DNA from: Octopus sinensis
Taxonomy: Eukaryota
DNA length: 36,582 nt
Assembly (NCBI RefSeq): GCF_006345805.1
Contig: NW_021835928.1
Span: 1 to 36,582, forward strand
Direction: 5' to 3'
The position numbers were made by a program, and so were the translations under genes. The notes under the pieces are model-generated. The model saw nothing but the letters and a program-made list of their open reading frames with translations, did not search any database and was not told where the DNA came from. Numbering within the stretch: the first letter of the stretch is position 1; every line of letters begins with the position of its first letter. Shown here piece after piece: positions 22,405 through 32,765 of the stretch.

Positions 22405-23830
22405 ATGTAGGATTAGAGGAAACAGATGGAAGATGTTGGATTAGGGGGAAACAGATGGAAGATGTTGGATTAGGGGGAAACAGATGGAAGATGTTGGATT
22501 AGGGGGAAACAGATGGAAGATGTTGGATTAGGGGGAAACAGATGGAAGATGTTGGATTAGGGGGAAACAGATGGAAGATGTTGGATTGGGGGGAAACAGA
22601 TGGAAGATGTTGGATTGGGGGGAGGGGGAAACAGATGGAAGATGTTGGATTAGGGGGAAACAGATGAAAGATGTTGGATTAGGGGGAAACAGATGAAAGA
22701 TGTTGGATTAGGGGGAAACAGATGGAGATGTTGGATTAGGGGGAAACAGATGGAAGATGTTGGATTGGGGGGAAACAGATGGAAGATGTTGGATTAGGGG
22801 GAAACAGATGAAAGATGTTGGATTAGGGGGAAACAGATGATGAAAGATGTTGGATTAGGGGGGGAAACAGATGGAAGATGTTGGATTAGGGGGAAACAGA
22901 TGGAAGATGTTGGATTAGGGGGAAACAGATGGAAGATGTTGGATTAGGGGGAAACAGATGGAAGATGTTGGATTAGGGGGAAACAGATGGAAGATGTTGG
23001 ATTGGGGGGAAACAGATGGAAGATGTTGGATTGGGGGGAAACAGATGGAAGATGTTGGATTAGGGGGAAACAGATGAAAGATGTTGGATTAGGGGGAAAC
23101 AGATGAAAGATGTTGGATTAGGGGGAAACAGATGGAAGATGTTGGATTAGGGGGAAACAGATGGAAGATGTTGGATTGGGGGGAAACAGATGGAAGATGT
23201 TGGATTAGGGGAAAACAGATGAAAGATGTTGGATTAGGGGGAAACAGATGAAAGATGTTGGATTAGGGGGAAACAGATGAAAGATGTTGGATTAGGGGGA
23301 AACAGATGAAAGATGTTGGATTAGGGGGAAACAGATGAAAGATGTTGGATTAGGGGGAAACAGATGAAAGATGTTGGATTAGGGGGAAACAGATGGAAGA
23401 TGTTGGATTAGGGGGAAATAGATGGAAGATGTTGGATTAGGGGGAAACAGATGGAAGATGTTGGATTAGGGGGAAACAGATGGAAGATGTTGGATTAGGG
23501 GGAAACAGATGGAAGATGTTGGATTAGGGGGAAACAGATGGAAGATGTTGGATTAGGGGGAAACAGATGGAAGATGTTGGATTAGGGGGAAACAGATGGA
23601 AGATGTTGGATTAGGGGGAAACAGATGGAAGATGTTGGATTAGGGGGAAACAGATGGAAGATGTTGGATTAGGGGGAAACAGAGGAAGATGTTGGATTAG
23701 GGGGAAACAGAGGAAACAGATGGAAGATGTTGGATTAGGGGGAAACAGATGGAAGATGTTGGATTACGGGGAAACAGATGGAAGATGTTGGATTAGGGGG
23801 AAACAGATGGAAGATGTTGGATTAGGGGAA
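22405..23830. repeat. 29-bp minisatellite, about 48 copies (GGATTAGGGGGAAACAGATGGAAGATGTT)
   Basis: Highly homogeneous tandem array that degenerates toward 22383. Confidence 0.97.
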
Positions 23831-24373
23831 AATAGCCTTGTTTGTCCCCTCTGTGTTTAGCCCCTTGTGGGCAATAAAAAAATAAGAAAGGATCTCCAGA
23901 TGTTAGACCTCACAAAGAGAATGACGGGTGACTGTGACTTCTGGCGGTTTGCTGTGCATGGGCTTCTCTCAGTTTCCACCTGCCAAATCCACTCACAAGG
24001 TTTTGGTCTGTGAAAGGTGGCTTTAGTAAATGGCACTAACCCAAGCTGTCATGCAGTGAGACTGAGCCTGGGACCTTGTGGTAAGAAAGTAAACTTCTGG
24101 CCACATTGCGCAGGAGTGGCTGTGGGGTAAGTAGCTTGCTAAACAACCACATGGTTCTGGGTTCAGTCCCACTGCGTGGCATCTTGGGCAAATGTCTTCT
24201 ACTATAGCCTCGATAGAATAAGTACTGGGCTTACAAAGAATAAGTCCCGGGGTCGATTTGCTCGACTAGAAGTGGTGCTCCAGCATGGCTGCAGTCAAAT
24301 GACTGAAACAAGTAAAAGAGAGAGTGTAGCCATGCCAGCTGTAAAGGAAAACCTCAGAGAAAATCTGACTTAC

Positions 24374-24430
24374 CTTAACTGTTTTTTCTTCTTTTACAGT
24401 ATTGTCAGAATTCATTAACTGAACCGTGAC
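24374..24430 (-). CDS. TEP exon d (short MG7 exon)
   Basis: Acceptor tttctAG, donor GTAAGT; 57 nt, phase 0 to 0. VTVQLMNSDNTVKEEKTVK fits between exons c and e. Confidence 0.85.
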
Positions 24431-24594
24431 CTAGAAACAGGAAATAACAAAAAAATAATTGAAGAAAAATATGACAACGAAGCAGAAACTGAATCGGAAA
24501 TACAGCTCTGGCATTTGATCCTCAGAAGTGGAGAGGTTGGTAACAAAAAAAGTCAAACTAGCTATTTTCAATTCAATTTCCATATCTATCCTTC

Positions 24595-25076
24595 ATCATC
24601 ATCATCATTGTTCGACCGTGGTCGAGACAATGGAATTTACCATGCTACACCAGACTTCACGGTCCATCATAGCATTACAGAGGTCCTGTTGCTGGATGCC
24701 TGTATCCCTGGAGATGACATCAGGGTAGGAGAGTGTGCGACCTCTGGTATTGCGAGTAGATGGCTTCCAGAGGAGAAGAGTAGAAATTACCTCTTTTTCA
24801 GCTCTACAACAACATCCAGCAAACTGGACTCTCCTACCTTTCACAAGAGATGACACAGGTGGTAGTTTCCCATATATTTGCAATTTGGTTGGATGGCGCT
24901 TCCACGAGAGATTTTGAGCTCTCATAAAGAGGTGAGTGTAGGTTCCATCCAACCGCCTCTCAAGCTTCTTTGACGTCCAGGTTTCTGAGCCATATAGTAG
25001 AAGTGGTTCGACTGTGGCTTTGAATATTTCAAGTTTGAAGTCTCTACTTAGATTTGATGACCAGATCTTATGCATG
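24595..25076 (-). mobile_element. RTE-clade LINE 3' fragment with (TGA)n tail
   Basis: ORF 24605-25075 ..EPLLLYGSETW..RRVQFAG..MMDREVW.. is the post-RT region of RTE elements; its stop codon merges into (TGA)n. Confidence 0.85.
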
Positions 25077-25329
25077 TCATGTCATCTATCCTTAGCTATG
25101 GTCATGGATGTTGGGTAATGACAAAAAGAAAAGAAATACTTGCTTGGTGAGGAGGGTGTTTATTGGAAACCCTGCGGGATGAAAAACAAAACCCGTCAAA
25201 GGGCGGAGGAACTCTTGAGAGTCAACAGCCATCCAATAAATGTCTTAAGGCTGTATCATGCTCGGGGACATAGAAATAATCGGACTGAATACAAGATCGC
25301 GCAGTTAAACCATGTATTCTGATTCTTTT

Positions 25330-26660
25330 TATCTTCAAACCAGCCAGAGCTGACCTCTCCCTCTGCAATGCCATTCGAAATCTAAACAATTGCATCATTG
25401 AAATTGCAGTGTTACAAGACAAAGCATAATTAATTCAAAGCAATGTAAATAAATAGGCATTACACCAGACAGGGCAATTGGAATGCTAAAGGGTTAACCC
25501 TTAGCATTTCAACCTGTCAGATCTGTTTTATGTTGGAACTGGCTTGATTTGGCCTCTCATACCTACCTTACAATGCCATTCTGAAAATAAACAAACACAT
25601 CATTGAAATCTTAAAGCTTTGTCAAATGTAAAGCTTATTTATTCACATTGTTTTGAATTACTCATGCATTATTTCAGAGTAATCTGAATGCTAAAGGATT
25701 AACCTTTTAGCATTTAAACCAGCCATCTCTCTCTCTATCCGCTCAGTCAAAGTCGACTCTCAGTCACTCGTTGGAACAGTGTCCTCCAGTCAGTTCTATC
25801 CTGGGCCGCTTCCTTCAGACTGACTATGTCCATTCTGGTATCACTCCTGATGGTGTCAAGCCAGTGGGTTCTTGGTCGGCCTCTTTCTCTCTTGCCACTG
25901 ACCATTCCGTATATATATATGTCCGCTCAGTCGAAGTCGACTCTCGGTTACTCCATGGATCAGTGTCCTTCAGTCAGTTCTATCCTGGGCCGCTTCGTTT
26001 AGATTGGCCATGTCCATTCCGGTATCACTCTTGATGGTGTCAAGCCAGCGGATTCTTGGTCGGCCTCTTCCTCTCTTGCCACTGACCATTCCAAGCATGA
26101 TGTTCTTCTCCAGGGATTCTCTCCGCATAATATGACCGAAATATACCAATCTATGCTGGCCTAAATATTTTACCTATTTTACGTTCAAATTGGCCAGGTC
26201 CAGCCTCTTACACTGATCCTCCAATGTCATTCTTAAAATAACAATCACATCATCAAAATCTTGAAGTTACAAGATAATGCATCATCATCATCATCGTTTA
26301 ACGTCCGTTCTCTATGCTAGCATGGGTTGGACGGTTTGACCGGGGATCTGGGAAGCCAGAAGGCTGCACCAGGCTCAAGTCTTATCTGGCAATGTTTCTA
26401 CAGCTGGATGCCCTTCCTAATGCCAACCACTCCGTGAGTGTAGTGGGTGCTTTTTACGTGCCACCTGCATAGGTGCCAGGCGAGGCTGGCAACGGCCACG
26501 GTTGGATTGGTGTATTTTACGTGCCACTGGCACGGAAGCCAGTCGAGGCGGTGCTGGCATCGGCCACGAGTCGGATAGTGCTTTTTACGTACCACCAGAC
26601 CATTTTTTGAAAATCTGAATAAATAAGTATTATATTTGACAGAGTTATCTGAATGCTAAA
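25330..26660. mobile_element. Chain of TTAA MITE copies, interrupted by the RTE ends and a SINE
   Basis: Head-to-tail junctions GCTAAAGGG-TTAA-CCCTTAGC (~25486-25505) and GCTAAAGGA-TTAA-CCTTTTAGC (~25690-25712); internal sequence matches the 219-bp MITE. Confidence 0.72.
25739..26141 (-). mobile_element. Two tandem 3' ends of a BovB-like RTE LINE (25739-25907 and 25923-26141)
   Basis: Minus strand: RLVYFGHIMRRESLEKNIMLGMVSGKR.RGRPR..WLDTI...AQDRTDWR...VTESR. Confidence 0.82.
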
Positions 26661-27558
26661 CCAGCCATATCCAGCCCAAATATTCTACAATCACAAATAT
26701 TTTAAACAATCAAAGTTGTCTCAATGGTCTTGTGGGTAAAGACATGGACACATGTCATGTATCCCTTGGACAAAGGTTCAATCCTTGTAAAAGTATTCAG
26801 TGATTTTTTTTTTTATAGGTGCAGGAGTGGCTGTGTGGTAAGTAGTTTGCTTACCAACCACATGGTTCCGGGTTCAGTCCCACTGCGTGGAAACATGGGC
26901 AAGTGTTTTCCACTATAGCCTCAGGCCGACCAAAGCCTTGTGAGTGGATTTGGTAGACGGAAACTGAAAGAAGCCCGTCGTATATATGTATATATATATA
27001 TTATGGGACATACCTGTCTTCACGGCCGAAACAGCTGTCAGCTACAATGTAAATGTATTTTCTATTTCTATTTCTATGTCTTGTTATATTTGTAATATAT
27101 TATGTATAATATCATTGCTATTGTGTAATGGTTTAATAAAGTATTGATTGGGTATTATCTGATGGTTGATGATTGATTTAGGTATGTTTCTCCATTCTCT
27201 CATTTTGTATATATATATATGTGTGCATGTATGTTTGTGTGTCTGTGTTTGTCACCCTTGCATTGCTTGACAACCGATGCTGGTGTGTTTATGTCCCCCG
27301 TCACTTAGCAGTTCAGCAAAAGTGACCGATAGAATATGTACTGGGCTTACAAAGAATTAGTCCCGGGGTCGAGTTGCTCGACTAAAGGCGGTGCTCCAGC
27401 ATGGCCGCAGTCAACTGACTGAAACAAGTAAAAGAGTAAAAGAGTAAAAGAGAATCACATAATCTCAAAGCTATGAGACATGATTAATCCAGAACAATGT
27501 GAATAAATAAGCGTTACATTTAATCCAGTAATCGGAATGCTAAAGGGTTAGTACTCAC

Positions 27559-27672
27559 CGTTTCCTCTTTGGGAATGTAATTGAAAACATAGACATTCAA
27601 ATCAAATTCCTCTCCTCTAATAAAAGAGTAAGAAAGCCCCAATGAGATGTAGAAATCCTTGAGGGTGGTCAA
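27559..27672 (-). CDS. TEP exon c (start of MG7)
   Basis: Acceptor ttgcAG, donor GTGAGT; 114 nt, phase 0 to 0. LTTLKDFYISLGLSYSFIRGEEFDLNVYVFNYIPKEET matches the family pattern FF..L.LPYSV.RGE....VFNY. Confidence 0.94.
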
Positions 27673-27745
27673 CTGCAATAAATAAATTCATAAATATACA
27701 AGCATATATGAAGATTTGGTTGTGTGGTAACGAGTTGGCTTCCAA

Positions 27746-28700
27746 TAGGCGCAGGAGTGGCTGTGTGGTAAGCAGCTTGCTTAGCAACCACATGGTTCCG
27801 GGTTCAGTCCCACTGCATGGCACCTTGGGCAAGTGTCTTCTACTATAGCCTCGGGCCGACCAAAGCCTTGTGAGTGGATTTGGTAGACGGAAACTGAAAG
27901 AAGCCCATCATATATATGTATATATGTATGTGGTTTAATATAGGCATAGGAATGGCTGTGTGGTAAGCAGCTTGCTTAGCAACCACATGGTTCCGGGTTC
28001 AGTCCCACTGTGTGGCACCTTGGGCAAGTGTCTTCTGCTATAGCCTCGGGCCGACCAAAGCCTTGTGAGTGGATTTGGTAGACGGAAACTGAAAGAAGCC
28101 CGTCGTATATATGTATAAATGTATGTGGTTTAATATAGGCATAGGAATGGCTGTGTGGTAAGCAGCTTGCTTACCAACCACATGGTTCCGGGTTCAGTCC
28201 CACTGCATGGCACCTTGGGCAAGTGTCTACTATTATAGCCTCGGGCCGACCAAAGCCTTGTGAGTGGATTTGGTAGACGGAAACTGAAAGAAGCCCGTCG
28301 TATATATGTATAAATGTATGTGGTTTAATATAGGCATAGGAATGGCTGTGTGGTAAGTAGCTTGCTTAGCAACCACATGGTTCCGGTTTCAGTCCCACTG
28401 CATGGCACCTTGGGCAAGTGTCTTCTACTATAGTCTCGGGCCGACCAAAGCCTTGTGAGTGGATTTGGTAGATGGAAACTGAAAGAAGCCCGTTGTATAT
28501 ATGTATAAATGTATGTGGTTTAATATAGGCATAGAAATGGCTGTGTGGTAAGTAGCTTGCTTAGCAACCACATGGTTCCGGTTTCAGTCCCACTGCATGG
28601 CACCTTGGGCAAGTGTCTTCTACTATAGTCTCGGGCCGACCAAAGCCTTGTGAGTGGATTTGGTAGACGGAAACTGAAAGAAGCCCGTCGTATATATGTA
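27746..28700 (+). repeat. Five tandem copies of the SINE-1 head, period 195 bp
   Basis: Units start at 27746, 27941, 28136, 28331 and 28526. Confidence 0.93.
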
Positions 28701-28708
28701 TATACATA

Positions 28709-28890
28709 TAATTTACAAGATAAGGGCAAAAGAAAAATTCTAATGCCAAATATGCTGAAAAAAGACGAAACTTTTCAATAACCATTATAATTTAAATTAA
28801 ATTATAAATTATAATGGTTATTGAAAATTTTTGTCTTTTTTCAGCATATTTGGCATTAGAATTTTTCTTTTGCCCTTATCTTGTAAATTA
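28709..28890. repeat. AT-rich foldback with ~85-bp arms
   Basis: 28709-28793 is the near-perfect reverse complement of 28806-28890. Confidence 0.88.
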
Positions 28891-29589
28891 TTTATAAATT
28901 TAACCTTTAAAGGTATTTTGTGATATGCTGGCCATTGATAAAATTTTTTTCCCGATAATAATAATAAATGCTCCCTTTTAAAGCCTAGCCAGGCTCATAT
29001 AATAATAATGAAATTATTGTATACAGTGCTCAGGTGCACCACAACTTGTCAAAAAGTGCGAATAAAGTATATGCAGTAATGTACAAATATCTGGAAAGCG
29101 AACAGTGTATGAGTCAGATACATGCTTGCGTGTGTATGAAGGGGAGAAAATTATGGGCCTGGTTCCCCGGTTTCAATGGCGTATGTGTTCCCCACCTGGA
29201 CGGGACGCCAGTCCATCGCAGCGTTTCTCATTTTTGCCAGCTGAGTGGACTGGAGCAACGTGAAATGAAGTGTTTTGCTCAAGAACACAACACAACACAT
29301 CGCCTGGTCCAGGAATCGAAACCACAATCTTACGATCTTGATGCTGACACCCTAACCACTAAGCCACGTGCCTCCACACACAGACACGATATTGTGATTT
29401 TATTTCAAAGAAGCACACAAAAAGCCTTATGAAATACAGTTACTCGAGGTCCCCTGGGCAGAATATAGCATTCACTTTGCCATTGTTGGGAAAGTCAACA
29501 AACCAGTTTAGTAACTGGGGTTGATGTAATGAAGGTCTGAATGAGCACATGTATTTTGATCAAGAGGGGATAACTAACTGTATAGCAAA

Positions 29590-30023
29590 TATAGGGGATC
29601 TTTTTGGTTTGAACAGCAATTTTTAAAAATAATTTCCACGTAACTAAACACTTTTAAACTTCGTATACTGGTAGAATGTGTTTATAAAACATCTTTTTCT
29701 CTTGGCTTTATTGAGAAAATTCTATAGTTTGTAAGATATTTGTTGTTTTTTTTCTTCAATTTCTGCAATTTCTACCAATCAATGACATCTATTGAAGTGA
29801 AAACATTCTGTGCCGTATGAATATGTCCCTCGTTTAAGAAACAGATTGGGTTTATTTACATTTGTGAACAAAAAAAGATACCCTGCCCCCCACCCCTAAC
29901 TAACCCTAACACTAAAACAGATTGAAATGCAATAGATCGATACTAGGGTCATAATTATGAGTGACAATTTCATATGACTCCGCTAGGAAAAAACTGCTGG
30001 TCAAACCGAAAAGATCCAATATA
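29590..30023. mobile_element. ~430-bp TIR MITE, superfamily unresolved
   Basis: Ends TATAGGGGATCTTTTTGGTTTGAACAGC and GCTGGTCAAACCGAAAAGATCCAATATA are imperfect inverted repeats. Confidence 0.6.
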
Positions 30024-30251
30024 GGCAGTCTTCTATGAGGGTCAAAAATTTCATACACCAACCCCGGAATGGGTTGTGATGTATCTGGTGGTCCCTCTTT
30101 AATTCTTGCTAAGATGGAGCTTTGTAAAATGTGGACATAATGCCCAGAGCCACTGACTGTTATAAGCGGCAAAACACAGCACAAGCATTGTTGAGTCAGA
30201 TGTAATTCTGGGCCAAATGTTTCTCAATCTCCATTCTAGAAATATCTAGAA

Positions 30252-31141
30252 CAGTGCTTTTCAAACTTTTTGCTGGAGCGGAACCCCAAGCAAAAATTCC
30301 ACTGGCTCGAGGAACCCCTGTGCAATAATTTAATAGTCTTATGCACACATATCTGCATAGGAGAATTAAAAATTACTGCCGATTTTAGCAGTTTTGTAAC
30401 TTCTTGCGGAACTCCTGGACTGTACTGGCGGAACCCTAAAGTTCCGCGGAACCCTGGTTGAAAACCACTGGTCTACACACACACGTACACATATCTGCAC
30501 AGGAAAATTAAAAACTATTGCCGATTTTAGCAGTTTTGTAACTTCTTGCGGAACCCTAAGGTTCTGCGGAACCCTGGTTGAAAACCACTGGTCTACACAC
30601 ACACATACACATATCTGCACAGGAGAATTAAAAATTACTGCCGATTTTAGCAGTTTTGTAACTTCTTGCGGAACCCCTAGACTGTACTGGTGGAACCCTA
30701 AGGTTCCGCAAAACCCTGGTTGAAAACCACTGGTCTACACACACATACATACACATATCTGCATAGGAGAATTAAAAATTACTGCCGATTTAAGCAGTTT
30801 TGTAACTTCTTGCGGAACTCCTGGACTGTACTGGCGGAACCCTGGTTGAAAACCACTGGTCTACACACACACATACACATATCTGCACAGGAGAATTAAA
30901 AATTACTGCCGATTTAAGCAGTTTTGTAACTTCTTGCGGAACCCCTGCACTGTACTGGCGGAACCCTAAGGTTCCGGGAACCCTGGTTGAAAACCACTGG
31001 TCTACACACACACATACACTTATCTGCACAGGAGAATTAAAAATTACTGCCGATTTTAGCAGTTTTGTAACTTCTTGCAGAACCCCTGCACTGTACTGGC
31101 GGAACCCTAAAGTCCCGAGGAACCCCGGTTGAAAACCACTG
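30252..31141. mobile_element. hAT (Charlie-like) MITE with an internally amplified 3' half
   Basis: TIRs CAGTGCTTTTCAAAC and GGTTGAAAACCACTG; perfect 8-bp TSD ATCTAGAA (30244-30251 and 31142-31149). Confidence 0.9.
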
Positions 31142-31192
31142 ATCTAGAAGTATGGAAAAAAAATAAAAATAAAATGAAATGCCTATACTTAC

Positions 31193-31310
31193 TTCAACCT
31201 CTTGGTTGTATGGAATAAATCCTTCAGAGGGATGCATACCAAATAATGTGGTCACCCAAGTGGTTATTGTGTCTGGCGCAGTTTTCGCCAATGAAGCCAT
31301 TCCTGTACTC
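31193..31310 (-). CDS. TEP exon b (PDTITTW motif)
   Basis: Acceptor acacAG, donor GTAAGT; 118 nt, phase 2 to 0. (G)STGMASLAKTAPDTITTWVTTLFGMHPSEGFIPYNQEVE; PDTITTW is an A2M/C3/TEP hallmark. Confidence 0.95.
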
Positions 31311-31540
31311 CTGTGTTTAATAACAAGATTTTATGATTAGCAGCAAAACAGACTGTGTGTGTTTGTTGTGTGTGTATGTGTGTGTGTGTGTGTGCTTGTG
31401 AATGTATGCAAGTATATTTGTGGTTCCCTACTATTCCTTTACCTATGGGGCCTCTTTGATTCCTATTTTACATGGGTAACCATTTGATTTCAACACTTCA
31501 ACAGTTCTGCTGCCTTGCTGTCTTAACCCTTTATGTTTAA

Positions 31541-32116
31541 CCCTTTTGTTACCATATTTCCGTTGAGATGTTCTGTGTTTCTTTCAATTATCTCTCTATA
31601 TAAACGGCAGTTTGTCTGTGCTGTTTCTTGTGTCTGTTTGCTTGTACCCTCACCCTGACACGGCTTTCAACCGATTCTGATGAAACTTGACACACACATA
31701 GCCCATGTCATAATTCAAAACTAACGCAGCAAAATTTTGAAAGTTCCCCCTTTCTGAAAAATTCGATAAAATCGACATGGGGCGAGAATCAGAACAAACA
31801 CAGACTGTCTAGGGGACCAACTCAACCTTTTTTAACTCAAAAAAAAATTTACCATCATTTTTTTGCTATTTTTTGCTATAACTCTCTAAAAATGCTTTAT
31901 AGTTATTTCCCTTACAAACTGCGCAACGCCGGGCGATACTGCTAGTTGTGAATACAACAAAGAATTTAGTAAAATAACTTAGTTATCATTAAGCTAGTGT
32001 TAGGAACATAAATTGTGACAAAGGTTTTGTGGAAGATTTTAATTCAAAACTTAGGAAAACAAGACATTTGTACTACAGAGCCAGAGGCAGTTAGAACCAG
32101 GTTGGTATCAAAAGGA
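31541..32116. mobile_element. Second TTAA MITE family carrying a Helitron insertion; truncated empty copy at 32141-32311
   Basis: TTAA|CCCTTTTGTTACCA...TGGTATCAAAAGGA|TTAA; about 221 bp once the insertion is removed. Confidence 0.8.
31591..31945 (+). mobile_element. Non-autonomous Helitron with a different 5' part
   Basis: A|TCTCTCTATATAAA...GCAACGCCGGGCGATACTGCTAG|T. Confidence 0.82.
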
Positions 32117-32641
32117 TTAAAAATATCATGGTGACTTTAACCCTTTTGTTACCATATTTCTGTTGAGATGCTCTGTGTTTCTTTCAATTAATTTTGAATA
32201 TAACAAAGAATTTAGTAAAATAACTTGGTTATCATTAAGCTAGTGTTAGGAACATAAATTGTGACTAAGGTTTGGTGGAAGATTTTAATTCAAAACTTAT
32301 GAAAACAAGATATTAGATGATTTGAGGGGAGCTGGCATGTCAGTGGACTGCGCCAAGTTCCACTGTCTGTTTTTACATGGTTTTTATAGCTGGATGCCCT
32401 TCCTTATGCCAATGTTGGTGGCTCAAAAAATTAACTCCCAGTACAAGATGCAGTCCTTGGGCCCATGGTCAAACTTTCAGTATGGAAAATGGGATCAAAA
32501 TTATGATGAAGTTGTTGGGGTTGTAGTATCTGTACTGTTTTTTTAATAAGGCAAGAGAATGATTTCAGATATGTCTTTGGACAGATGCCACTCAGAGAAA
32601 AAAGAAAATGAGAAGAGATGGTTGTATTCTTTGATGCTTAC

Positions 32642-32765
32642 CCAGTGTCAACAGTATCCCAAAGCCAGGTCTCTACGAAGTTGGTCCGTGGCTTTACTGC
32701 TGAAACTCCACTTCCACCTGCCATGTCAAATTCTTTTCTTAGAATCCCTTGATCAAATACAATTG
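32642..32765 (-). CDS. TEP (CD109/A2M-like) exon a: end of bait-like region and FxETW motif
   Basis: Acceptor ttccAG, donor GTAAG; 124 nt, phase 1 to 2. Translates IVFDQGILRKEFDMAGGSGVSAVKPRTNFVETWLWDTVDT(G), matching the A2M-family R.xFPETWLW motif. Confidence 0.92.

Noticed and set aside
22405-23830. CRISPR-like or telomeric array
   Set aside because: Contiguous 29-bp units with no unique spacers; TTAGGG occurs once per unit, not as a (TTAGGG)n tract.
31675-31760. CTGATGA as a further hammerhead core
   Set aside because: No correctly placed GAAA, stem II or stem III; lies inside a Helitron.
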